A stretch of 64,000 nt of DNA, taken from contig JBITNC010000002.1 of the NCBI GenBank assembly GCA_050084985.1, positions 38,750,001-38,814,000 on the forward strand, in the 5' to 3' direction. Below are positions 27,665 to 40,654 of the stretch, in pieces. The notes under the pieces are model-generated. The model was not told the DNA's origin, did not search any database, and saw only the letters and a program-made list of their open reading frames with translations. The translations under genes were made by a program, and so were the position numbers. Within the stretch, counting starts at the first letter, position 1; each line of letters starts with the position of its first letter. This DNA is from Nageia nagi (lineage: Eukaryota; Plantae; Pinophyta).

Positions 27665-29126
27665 ATGGCTGGGGTTGATTTCAAGGGGAGTTTGCCCAAG
27701 TGGGGAAAATCTTTTATTAGAGTTGAGGGCATTGATGAAATTGCAAAAAACGAACTACAAGAAGTACCGGAAAGATATGTCAGAAGTGGTGAAGAGAATC
27801 CGTCGCCACCAGGAACCACAATTTGCGATCAGGAGGCCAACATACCGGTGATTGACATGGCAAAGATTGCACACCCACAACACAGACAACAAGAGATTAG
27901 TAGGATTGCCAAGGCTTGTCAAGAATGGGGTTTCTTTGAGGCAAGTTCTGATCTTTAAAAAAGAGGTTTAAATACTCAACAACTGTCTCTCTTTCATGCA
28001 TCCTTGATGTTAGATTACCTTTTGGAACAATATGGTGAGTAGAAGTTTTCAATAATAATATTGGGGTCAATGTTTTTGCAGATCGTCAATCATGGTGTTT
28101 CCCATTCACTAATGGACAGAATGAAGAGAGTTGGTAAAGAGTTTTTTGAGCTACCAAAGGAGGAGAAAGAGAAGTATGCTGTGAGACCAAGTGATCTGCA
28201 AGGCTATGGGCAGACATTCGTTGTTTCTGAAGATCAGAAGTTGGATTGGGGCAATATATTAGGATTGATCATGTCCCCCACAGAACTCAAAGACCTTAAC
28301 ATGTGGCCAACTATTGCTGATTTCAGGTAATCATAAATACAGTAGATATTATTTTTGACATGCTCCAAATGAAATTTGGACGTTTGAAGGTCTTCATGCT
28401 ATTCAATATTGTTCAGTGAACACTAGGAGGATTTGATAAAAAAAATTAATTGTGATTTTGCAGGGAAAGTGTAGAAGCATACAATGGTGAAATAAGAAGA
28501 CTTGCTGAAACACTGTTGGCTTTGATAGCTGAGACATTGCGGTTGCCATCTGATTTCTTTGAGAAGAGATTTGGCAATATGTATCAAAAGATGAGGATCA
28601 ATTACTATCCTCCATGCCGCCGGCCAGATCTTGTCTTAGGCCTAAGTGCGCATGCTGATATGACAGGCCTCACACTACTGCTCCAAGATGATGAGGTTGA
28701 AGGATTACAAATCCACAAGGATGACCAATGGGTAACTGTGAAACCAATTCCTTATGCTCTAGTCATCAACATTGGAAACTTGATAGAGGTATATAGAGCT
28801 TGACAAAAACTCTTTTCTGTTCAATATAGAATTGTGAATGTTGGTTTATTTAAGTGGTGGAGATGATTGTGCAGGTTATGACAAATGGAAGATACAAGAG
28901 TATTGAACACCGAGCAATAACAAATAAGGATAAAGGGAGGCTGTCAATCGCCTTGTTCGTTGCTCCTGGATTCAATGAAGAAATTGCTCCTGCTGATCAA
29001 CTTGTTGATGAAACTCATCCATGCTTGTTCAGAAAATTCATACACGAAGATTATGTAAAAAATTATTTCTCTCGTGGAGTGGAGGGAAAGAATTCATTGT
29101 ATGAATATGCTGGCATCAATAACTGA
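27665..29126 (+). CDS. 2-oxoglutarate/Fe(II)-dependent dioxygenase, DOXC class, SRG1/codeine-O-demethylase-like; exons 27665-27940, 28082-28326, 28464-28788, 28875-29126; 365 aa
   Basis: Exons 276+245+325+252 = 1098 nt, in frame. DIOX_N motifs IPVIDM, CQEWGFF|IVNHG and QGYGQTFVVSEDQKLDW; NYYPPC; Fe triad H-A-D...H (SAHADM, IEHRA); RLS 2OG-binding motif. Introns are 141 (GC-AG), 137 and 86 (GT-AG) nt. Confidence 0.96.
27941..28081 (+). other. Non-canonical GC-AG intron 1
   Basis: GAG|GCAAGT donor at the conserved WGFF[EQ]|[IV]VNH position; acceptor ttttgcag|ATC. Read-through hits TAA at 27956-27958. Confidence 0.85.
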
Positions 29127-30364
29127 GATCCCATGAAGTAAAAACCATAATAAGTCAACAGATTTTTAGGCCAGCCTGCTTGATTGAACAGTTTGTATGG
29201 GATTGATGTATTTCAGGGTGGTCCGATGGCATCAACTATCACAAAGAAAGGGTTCATCATCTCTAGCACAAATTTATATAAAAAATAATTGAAGTTCTAT
29301 TTGTTTAATCTTTGAGTGCGAATGATGAGTGAAGCATTTACTTTCACTGTCCTTTTCAAATATTATATAATATATATCTAAACTTTTAGATAGTGGCATC
29401 TAACTTAAATGGTAGACTTTCCCAATTTGTGGTTAGTTCGTTGTAAATTTTATTATTATTTAGTGATTACAAAAATTTGTATTTCACATGTTTTAAGATG
29501 AGCAGCTTAATAGTACGTGGATTTTATTGGTTAAAGTAGTGAGTATGAATTCTTCTTTTCTAATTGAGAGTTTTTCAATTTACCTTTCTCTTTAACTTTC
29601 TTAACTTTCTTAATATGATTGGATGAAAGATATTTTAATTATTATTGAAGTATTATACTATAGTTAAATAATAATATTTTTAATTTTATTGTATTTTCAT
29701 TTTAATAATTAATTTTTAAAAGGTTTTAATTATTAATCATTTTATAATTAAAATTCTATTTGTAATATTTATATTTTTTCTAATTTTTATTTTTTTAGTT
29801 TAAAATATTAAATAGTTAATCCACATAAGCTGATTAAAAAATTTGAAATAGAATATATTTTTTATTGGTATAATTCTACATTTTAAATAAAGTCAAATTT
29901 TGAAAGAAATAAATAATAATTTTATTTAAATATATTTTAATTTTAATAAGACTAATTTTACAGTATTTACATATCTTAAAATTCTAGGTTATATTTTATT
30001 TTTTCACATTTATAGGTATCTTAAAATCACATAATGTAGTTTTTCATAATTTCATATATCTTATATTATAATATTTTTTATATATTAATATATTTTAAAA
30101 TCTTATGTGTTTTGTATGTGATTATTTTGCATGTCTAAAAATGAATAATAAGGGATGATAAAAAAATTCCCAAAATAATTGTATTTTTTTTAAAAATTAT
30201 CTAATATATATTATTATCTCACGAGTTTCACCTTCTTTGCTTATGAAGAGACCATAGTCTTTTCTTATTCACTAATGAGTGATATTCTCTGCTTATCCAT
30301 TTGCATGTGCTATGATCTTTTTGCATCTAACCTAATCTTGCATGCAAATGATTGTTGAATCCAT

Positions 30365-33300
30365 ATGACCTCCAAAAAGAAGAAAACTCAATCAATTAGA
30401 TATTTCTATGTAGGAAACTCATATATGCAAAGGAAGATGGATTTATTTAATTCAAAATTGGACCAATTCGAAAAGTGCTCTTGGAAATCTCTCTTCTAGT
30501 TTTAGAGCAAAATAATACCATCACTACACAAGCTAAATAGATTTCACACATCCAACATTACAACAACTCCAGGAAGTGGTTACTAAACTTAAATATAAAA
30601 AATCAACAATTATCCAATAACATGAACAACTCAAGAAGGAAACTACCCTTCAAAAATAGTCTATAGAGAAGTAGGTGGAGGAATATAGTTCACGGGTTCA
30701 AGTAACCAAAGGCAAGAAGAATCCCCTTATTATTAACTTGGATGTACAAAAGAAAAGGTCTTCCACACTAAGGAACTCAACCTCTAAGTTTGTGGTCTCC
30801 CTAAAACCAACACTCCATTACAGGATGACCACACATTCATTCCTGACACTCTAGACTTGAAAAATATTACCATGAAAAAATCTTGTACTACCCCAAATGA
30901 TACTTTAGTTATCTGATTCAAAATAACAAATGATCACCTAAAAGCCTTACAAGTAAAGAAGAAATTGCTTCTTCTCTACCACAAAATTTACCTAGATGAA
31001 GATCTCACTAGAATTCAAATAGAAGAGCTACATAAGGCTCAAGCTTTAGTTGTTTCTACATAAAAGAAAAATAAATGGGTTGTTATCTATGATTATAGAG
31101 CAATAATTCATGATTCACCTCCCTCTTTGTGGTCATATCCTTGGTCAATCAAATGAAGATTCTCTAGAGTATTAGTATATGATGATAGGATCAACATTGC
31201 TTGTTATAATTATAATGGTGCAATTTTATCTTCCCCTAGTACCTTCCACTATGTGATCTCATAACATAACCTTATCTTCTTTACTGAGACTCATGAGAGC
31301 CTTAGGTGGGAACTCCTCAACATCTTAGGTACTACTAGTTTTCTTCTTTTAGATTGGATACTAGGCATTCAAGAGAGGTTCATAGATCAAGAGTCGTAGC
31401 TTATCTCATTAGAGAATATCTTTGATCTCGTATATTCTTACTAGTAGTAGACACTCATGCATGATACTTGGAGATCCAATTTTAGTATAGTCCTCCTCCT
31501 TGCTAGGATATTTTCTTTTCTTTTAGTTATTTTCCACCAGCTTCATCATCATTTTCTCTTCATTTATAGAGAGACCCCTTCATATATATTTGTAGAGATC
31601 ACACATTATTCCTTTATGGGAGATGCCATCTTTTTAGGTGATTTCAATGCTAGGACTATGACTTGTCAAACACCTATACATGAGCTTAAGGATGACATCA
31701 TTTATACCCATGATAAGGACCTATGTGACTTTGTCATATAGAGAGCTTCAATAGATAATGATGCTTCTATTACAACATTTAGTCAACATATTCTTCATCT
31801 TGGTGAGTCACATGGACTCTTTATTCTTAATAGAATTTCATGCTTTCCTTTAGAATATTCACATGTTTTCCTCATAATGGAGGAGTGAGTGTAGTGGACT
31901 ATGTAATGGCTAGATTAAATTCTATTCATTATATTCAAGATCTTATTTTATGCCTTTGTATTTCCCTTGCAGACCATGTAACTTTATCATTTGTTTACTT
32001 AGTAAATCCCCCACAAACAAATCCATACCCCCACTTTCTCCCTTCTTCAAGTTATTATAGCATTTGTCATCCCACTACCCTTTTTAGCTATAAGTATGCT
32101 GACTAGTATACAACTTGCCTCTTGTTACTTATAGCTAACAATGGTAATCTACTCTTTTCTCCTTTGAGTTCCACTACCACTTATGAGTTTTTCTTTAGTA
32201 TGTTCTGGGAGGCAAACCTCAATATCTTTCCCATAAGACCTATCATTCCTGTTTACCTTGCTATCCTAGTTTCTACCATAGGAATCATTGGTATAATGCA
32301 AAATGTAAATCCATGCACAAGAGACTTCACTTTGCTCTCTCCCATGATTCCTCCTCTGTGTTTTCTATTTGAAGAGTTTATCATGGTATTCTTTGTCAAA
32401 AGAAATATTATTTTCTTACCACTACTAGACATGCTCTTATTGACTCCCTCCATCACTCTCCTAAAGCCTTTTAGCATACCCTCCTTCTAAGGAAACTAAC
32501 TTCATATGACATATAACTATAGTCTTAGGTCTCATATGCTAGTTCACTCTATAATATTCCTATTTAACATACTATACGTAATCTATCACCCCCTATCTTA
32601 TCATTAATTTTTTTCTAGAAGCTATTTCTAGAGCCATTCAGAAACTTTGTACTAGTAAAGCAACATATTGTGGAGGCTTACAAGTTGAGTTTTTAAAATA
32701 TGGTGGTGACTCATTTGCCTCTCCCATTGTTATTTAATTTAATAAAGTTGTGTGTTTAGGGTTTTCTCCCTCATAATCATAGCACATCATTCACCCCATT
32801 CACAAATCAAGAGATTTTTATGATCATAACAATTACAAAAGCATCATGATTGGGCACACTTTTTCCAAGATTTATGCCACAACTCTAGACATGATTCTAT
32901 TGGATTATTTAGAGAAAAATGGCCTTAGGGCAAGAGGATAGGATGGATTTAAGAGGAATTACCATACTATAAATCATATCTTCACCCTTTGAGCTATCAT
33001 TGAGGAGGCTCATCAGAGATGCTCCAATGTCTTTTGTTGCTTCATTGATTTTAGAAATGCATTTAACACTATTTCATGATACTTACTTTTTCAAAATTTG
33101 CATACCATTGGTATCTCTAACACATTTTTATTAATCATGAGATTTTATGATATAGTTGTTGGTTGATTTTGACTTATGAATGATTTTTCAAACATAATTA
33201 ATAGCACTATTGGAGTTAAGAAAGGGCTCTTGCTTTCACCCACTCTCTTTGGTATATATATTGATGACCTTTAGGACTTTCTTTAACTACATACTCATAC

Positions 33301-34990
33301 AGAAGATAGTTATTTGTTTCATCAAATCTGAATTGCTATACTTTTATTTGTAGATGTGTGATTCTCTTATCATACTCCCTTGAGGGTATTTAGAGAAAAC
33401 TAGATACACTCTTTAGTTTCTATGACCAAAAACATCTCATAGTTAATCTTAATAAAAATAAGGTCATGATTAATACCTCTAGAGCCACTCTCTTCAAATA
33501 CCAATTTTGCTATAAATGTGATACAATTGAGATTTCTAATACTTACACCTACCTAGGTGTTCAATTTTTAGGCCTATGTTTAATCTTGAAACTAGCCTCA
33601 CAATCATATCTTTAGAAGGGATACACTTCACTTTCCATTCTATAATATCAGTACTTTTAGATTATTTTTTAGTACATCCCTTTAAAGGAATTTCTCTTGA
33701 AATGATATCCTTATTAAGTTGAATGTTTTCTATGAGTTAGAGGTTTGGAGACCTAGTTCTAGACCTATTAAGTGATCATGTATTAAGAGGGTTCAAACCA
33801 TCATGATTTAATAAATGATCTATTATAATAAAACTCTACAATAATGTATTGTACAGAGTAAGTTCACCATACAACTACTTCATCTTGAGGGAATATTCAA
33901 GCACACATCCTTCAATAGCCTCCAATAATTTGGTAACTCATTCATAGGCTATGAGAGGTATCTATTTCTTGCTTTATATTCTTTAGATAGGATTGCATTG
34001 TTGGCCTTAACTAGATGTAGTTGTTGTTGGTACTCTGAAGCTAAATTACTTCGATGATCTATGGCTATCTCTATTGATCAACCTCCATCTTTCATAATTT
34101 CATTGACTACTCTTCATCATATTCGACCTTCAAAAGTAGATCTTCATATATCTATTCAAGTAAATATTTACCATTGCTACATTTAGGTTACTTAGATCTC
34201 CCCTCCCCAACCTCTCATCCTTAAACTAGTTTTTAATGTACAACATTTCTAACATATCATCGATAATACCATTATCATCCCTACCTAACTCTAACACCAA
34301 TGGTCTCCCAACCTAAGGATTCGCCTTGGCCAACTGCAAGTTTGTTCACATCAATTTCATGTTGAGACAAACCACCACATTCCATAACTAGATAGGACGT
34401 ATCAACTCTTCTTTGTATTGGAGCTAGATAATGAATAGCATTTGATCTTTAGATGTCCTATTTACTACAAAATTCAAGGAGGATATTATTGCTTGTAAAG
34501 GGAGTGCATAGGCTCCTTTTCCACATTTTTTTGTTATCCTAACCATATGTTTCTATTAATATTCTTGTGATAGATCATCCTCTTCAAGCAAGTATCTTTA
34601 GAGTGATCCACATAGATCCCACATACTACCATATTGATCAGCTCTTTCTTCAAGCTTGCTTCTAACCCTACTATTAGAAAATTATATTCAAAGAATACTC
34701 TTCAACATATTCATAGTCTCTAGTGTATGTGACACCATCTCATATCTTAGATTAGCATCACCCAATCATAGCTTGAACCATATCTATGCATCACCAATTT
34801 TGTTTTCTCTACAAGTGATCCTCTTTTACCTTAGGACACTCTTAATAATGTAGGTTTATTATTTTATTTTCTTTTATTATTCCCTAGAGTTCTCAACCCT
34901 AACACTTTCTATCATTTAATTGGATTGTACTATTGAATCCCATAAACCTATTTTTGATCACTCATAGAAATTAAAATATATTTCTATTTC
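30365..34990 (+). mobile_element. Near full-length degraded non-L1 LINE (RTEX/CR1-L2-like architecture)
   Basis: ORF1 with IYLDEDLT (~30986-31010). APE motifs FLGDFNART, GVSVVDY and ADH. RT motifs FIDFRNAF, GVKKG..LSPTLF, LLFVD and YLGV. C-terminal SHQFHVET...NE*HLIFRCPIY (~34345-34465). Confidence 0.8.
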
Positions 34991-35199
34991 TCAATAAGTA
35001 TGCAATGATTGCTCTAGTAAAGAAGTTTCTAAGATAAACAACTAAACCAAAATATAAGAATACTAGTAACAATGCATATAAAATATCATAATTATTTTAG
35101 TAGATGAAAACTTACAAGATATTCCTCAACCCTTGCTTTTTACCCCCCCAATCCATCTCTACTTATACCATTTCAAACTAATCAACCATTTACATTTAA

Positions 35200-36075
35200 A
35201 TTACTACTTCTCATAAATTACTAATTTTAGATATACACATAGCATAATTATCTCAACTGATTCATCATCCCCATAGCTGGAAATGAAAATGCAAAGATGA
35301 CACTCCCTATTTCATCATTCTACCCTTATTTTAAATTTCTAAACCTTTTGTTTTTTAAGATTAGTGCAAAAAATTTGAATCTTCTTTTCCTTTTCCAATT
35401 TTTGTTTTGATTTTAATCCTTATTGCTAAGATTTTTTTACTCATTGCTTTTCATCAGGCTAACTAGTTGGTTGTCTCCATGCTCCAGTATTATGTCCAAA
35501 AAAAACTCATCTTCACATTCATTATGTACTTCCATTGTTTATCTGGGAAGCCACTCACTATTTTGTATACTTACATCCATGCTAATATAATCTAGTTCTA
35601 AGACTATACGAGATGGTTCCACAACTTGAGCTATAATTATAGATGTCACTACTTTCTTAGAGAATTTCTTAATTTTTGGGAATCTTTTGTAGGCATACAT
35701 ATCTCATTTTCAAAGCTCTCCTCTTTTTCCATTCCCTTATCTTCAAACTTAATACCATTTGGATTTTTAAAACCTTTCTTCTTACATACAAGTATTTATG
35801 TAATTAAGGATAAAATACTTCTATGAAAATTTATTTTCTTTAATTATGAAATAATATTATTATCCCAATATTCTTGCAACTCTCTTTTGATTCATGATGC
35901 CAAAGGATATTCTCATCTATGAGACATTGATACTACTCTTTTGTGCTCCTCAAAGCATATTCATGTTTCTTGCATAACATCTTCTTACCTTTCAAAGAAA
36001 TAACCTTCTCATTTTGAAATCTCCAAGCCTCAAGCTTTCTCCACAAATCCAAATCTTCCTTGATTGCACCATATT
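35200..36075 (-). mobile_element. Degraded Ty1/copia gag-like fragment
   Basis: Weak minus-strand motifs (LWRKLEA...MQE; knuckle remnant near 35490-35510). Confidence 0.35.
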
Positions 36076-36109
36076 TTAGTTGTGTAAGAGTAGATTTTAG
36101 TTTTGTAGG

Positions 36110-39100
36110 TGATATCTAATTTTTTGAAGCTTATAACTTACAAGAAAACATCAAATACAAATTCTTGATTTTATTGCTTTCATTTTCTCAATGCTCTCTA
36201 TGTTATTAATATACACACATCTAAAATATAAATGCACATCCACATACAAAACACAAGTATTTTTATTAAGGTTCCTCTCATTGTTTTGAGATTACATCCT
36301 ATTTAATGGCTTTTTTCATGATTTTATTATTGATACAAGGATGAAGCTTATAACCATAAGTAGTGTGAATGCTACCTCAATATTCTATACATTCACACTT
36401 TCATCTCCCATGATCCTTTGGCTCCTACAAGCTCAACCAAAATCAAGTTAATACTTATTTTTTCTACTGTTACAACAACACTAGCACTCATCCTAGCATT
36501 AGCATTGGTGTTTGCAATAGTATATTGAATTTTGGTTCTATCATCCCATGATACACAACTGTCTCTTCCATTATATTTGTGAAAGAATTTCATAGCTCCT
36601 TTTGGATCACTCTCTTAGATAACATATAACATTTTTTTTTTTAATTTTCTTATTCATGTACTAGATTCATACACTATACCACTCATAAATATAATATGCT
36701 CTCAATAATGTAACTACCACTATTACATAATTAATCTTCATAATAAAATAGCAAAGAATGACTATGATATTATTCACCCTATACTATGGATATACAACTT
36801 TATTAGTATTGCTATACAACATGGTGATGGAGAAGGTTCTCCCTTCTTATGAAGTTCTCCTCAATCTTTAGCAGTATTCTAGCCTCTATCAATAATCTCA
36901 CACTCTACCAAAAGTAGAACCAGTAATCCCACCACAAGAATCACCTTACTAGGGCATTCCATCTCCTATGCTTCTTGTCTCATCTTGGATTATTTTCTAA
37001 ACTCAATAGAGAGATAAATATATTTAAAACTGACATCCCTTCAAGTTTCCAATGCTTCAAATTTGACTTGAACCACTTTATATTCCATTTTAATCTTATC
37101 TATTTCTCTAACATTGGTGCTAATCTTAGCATTGATACTGCCATCAACATTGACACTAGAATAGTTGGGTGTCCACTCAGGTGTTGGGTTAGGTGTCATG
37201 TCATTATGTCATGGTTTATCTAGCATTAATGCTAGTATTTTTAAGTAATACTTGATTCATAGGATTATTTTTGATATATAAATATTCTAAACTAATCAAA
37301 TTTAAAATTCTACATTAAAATTCCCTAGAAATACTAGCGTAGGCATTGGTATGAGCATAAGTGCTACTATTAGTGTTAGTGCTAGCAATTTTAAAAGTTA
37401 TATGGAAAGCACCCTAGATGGTAATCAAATATTTGATAAAGATAAACATGCATATACTAGTTGGAAAGGTATTTTTGAGAACCATCAAATAAATAAAGAA
37501 TCAAATCAATTGGAATCTTCTATAAAAACTTGTACATTTTCAAAGATGATTGATCTATTTTATGAATATCCATAAACCAAAAGCAAAATATTCCAAATAC
37601 CACCCAAGCATGAGAATGTGCCAAGTACTCACTCCAATGATATTTGATCTTCATTCATATGATCCATTTTAGACCACACCTACCCAATGCATGGGTAGTT
37701 GGTCCCCAAATGCTTAGGGACTTTGTGAGGAATCAATACCCCCTCTTACAATAACATTCAATGGTTAATTAGTTAAAATGAGAGAGTACAAACAACAAGG
37801 TAGAATTTACAATGCCCTTAGCAATAATTCTAACCTCTAAATATGTTTGAAATACCTCCTCAACCAATTGAACCAAGCCTATAGATTATTTTCCAAGCTA
37901 CTAATGTTTAGTACAACTTAGACAATGATGAGTGAACTTCCATTTCACTTTTATCATTTTTGTGATCCCAAATTTACTTCACTCTTCAAACCTTATTAGA
38001 CTAACCAAGAATGAAGGAACTCTTTGCATATTCCCAAATGTTCATCAATATCAAAAGAAACTACAAACTAAATAAAAACTAAGTTCTATATTATTATTTG
38101 AAAATTCTTACACTTTCCAATTTTGATAATCTTTTGCAATCCCTCTCTTGAACAATATGAACTTGGGCCTTTTTGTCATGGATTTTTTCCTCTTTTCTTC
38201 TTTCAAAAGAATACTACATAGTCCCAAGGCAATATTAACCAACTCTAATACCACTTTATCTATAATTTTTTGAAGCTTATAGCTTACAAGAAAACATCAA
38301 TTATAAATTTTTGATTTTATTACTTACATTTTCTCAATGCTCTCTATGTTCTTAATATACACACATCTAAAACATAAATGCACATCCACAATAAGTATTT
38401 TTATAGATATTGCTATTATTATTTTGAAAGTACATCCCCTTTAATAAATTTCTCATAATTTTATTATTGATACAAGGATGAAGCTTACAAGCATTGTAGT
38501 ATGAATGCTGCCTCTATATTCTAGACCTTTGCACTTTCATCTCCCATGATGCTTTGGCTCCTCTAAGATCAACCAAAATTAGGTCCATACTTATTTCTTC
38601 TAATGTTATAGTAACACTAGCACTTAGCTAGCATTAACACTGGTGTTTACAACATTATGTTATTTTTTGGTTCTATCATCCCATGATCCAAAACTATCTC
38701 TTCCATCATGTTTGTGAAAGAATTTGATATCTCCTTTTTGGATTACTCTATTGGACAACATATCTCTTTTTTTATATTTCTTATTCATGTATTAGACTCA
38801 CATACTATACCTCTCATAAATAAATATGATCTCAATAATGCTACTACCACTATTACACCATTGATCTTCCATTTACATAAGAAAAATAATAGTTCAAAAT
38901 GACTATGATATTTTTCACTCTATACTATGGCTATACAAATTGATTAGGATGGCTATGACATTTTCCATCATCTAATCAATCTTAAAACATGGTTATGGAT
39001 AAGGTTCTCCTCTCTTATGAACTTCTCCTCTATCTTCAATAAAATTTTGGCCTCTATCAACAACCTCAAACTCTCCTAATATTAGAAACAATAATCCCAC

Positions 39101-39876
39101 CACAAGAATCACCTCACTAGGAAATTTTCATCTCCTATGCTTCTTGTCTCCACCTATTGGAATGTTGGATTATTTTATAAACTCACTAGGGACATAAATG
39201 GATTTGAAATTGATGTCCCTTCAGGTTTCCAATGCTTCAAAATGACTTGAATTCCTTCATATTTTGCCTATACATGATCTATTTTTTTAATGTTGGTGCT
39301 TATCTCAACCTTGGTAGTGATATCAAATTTGGGGATACTATAGTTAAGTATCTATTTGGGTATCATATTAGGTGTCATGTTGTTAGGTCATTATGTTAGG
39401 TTTTATCCAACGTTAATGCTAGTCTTTTTAAGTAAAACATGTTTCATAGATTTTTTTTTTTCATATAAACATGCCAAAATAATTAAATTAAAAATTATAT
39501 ATCCAAATTCCTTATAAATACTAGTACAAGTGTTGGTATGAGGATGGGCATTACTGTCAGCATTGGTGTTGGTAGTTTTGATAGTTATGTGAAAAACACC
39601 TTAGATAGTGATAAAGTCGTAGACAAAGGTAGGTATGCATGTACTCATTGAAGTATTTTCAATAACTATAAAATGAAGAAATAATAAATGTAATTATATG
39701 CCTCTATAAAATTTTCTACCTTTCCAAATATGAATGATCTATTTTGGACTATTTTCTAGCAAAAAATTTCCATAAACCAAAAGCAAAATATTTCAAATGC
39801 CACCCAAGCATGAGAATATGCCAAGTACTCACTTGAAATATATTTGGTATTCATTCATATAATCCATTTTAGATCA
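36110..39876 (-). mobile_element. Non-autonomous LTR element: two ~1.6-kb LTRs around a ~580-bp internal region
   Basis: Direct repeats 36110-37676 and 38256-39876 with TGAT...ATCA outer termini. PBS (rc TGGTATTAGAG) at 38243-38253; PPT-like sequence next to 37677. TSD GTAGG/GTAGA. Confidence 0.9.
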
Positions 39877-40654
39877 GTAGAAAGAGTTACAAAACTAAGA
39901 GTTGTAAAACATGACCTTCACTTGGTTGAATGTAATGTTCTTATGTAATAATTAAGATTGAAATACTCTTAAATCTATTTGTTATTTTGTGTTCTACATG
40001 TATGAATTAACATAGTAGAATATTATTTTATATTTTTATTTATAAGGAAATAATTTCATTAAATTATTGGGAACATAGAACAAAGTAAGAAAATGAAGGA
40101 TACATATATACTATAAGAATCTTGTGATTACATATCATGTGGTATTAGAGCTTGTTGAGATTGTTGGTAGTTATTATTTTGTTGTAAAGTTATGATTATT
40201 TTTTACTTATAAATAAATCCTAGAGTGAAGAGGATTTGTGAAGGTAAATGTTGATATTGGATCTAGAATTTGGTAGAGAAAGCAAAGAGAAATGGCCATG
40301 GATAATGATGAGTTGAAGAGGAAGATTGTAAGCATGAAAGTGATGCTCAAAGATTTATTCATGGAACTTGTAGATTTGAAGATTGCTAACACAAGGAAGA
40401 AATCAAATAATGGAGAGATTTCAGATCAAAATTTGAACTTTACATTGAATTTAGAAGTAAATTTTGATCTCAAATCCTTCAAAGGAGAGATCAAAGTTGA
40501 ACTAATGGTTGAAGAAAATGGAGGTATTTTTCAGAGTGAAAAAGGTTAAATATGATCAAAAGAATATTAAGATAACTAAACTTAAACTTAAAATATACAT
40601 TTTTTTTTGGTGGGAGGATGATCTATAAAAGCTATGCTGTTTGGGATATCATCA

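Noticed and set aside
27304-27851. ORFs 27304-27537 and 27573-27851 as separate genes
   Set aside because: Non-ATG starts, overlapping the promoter or an alternative frame of exon 1; no recognisable domain.
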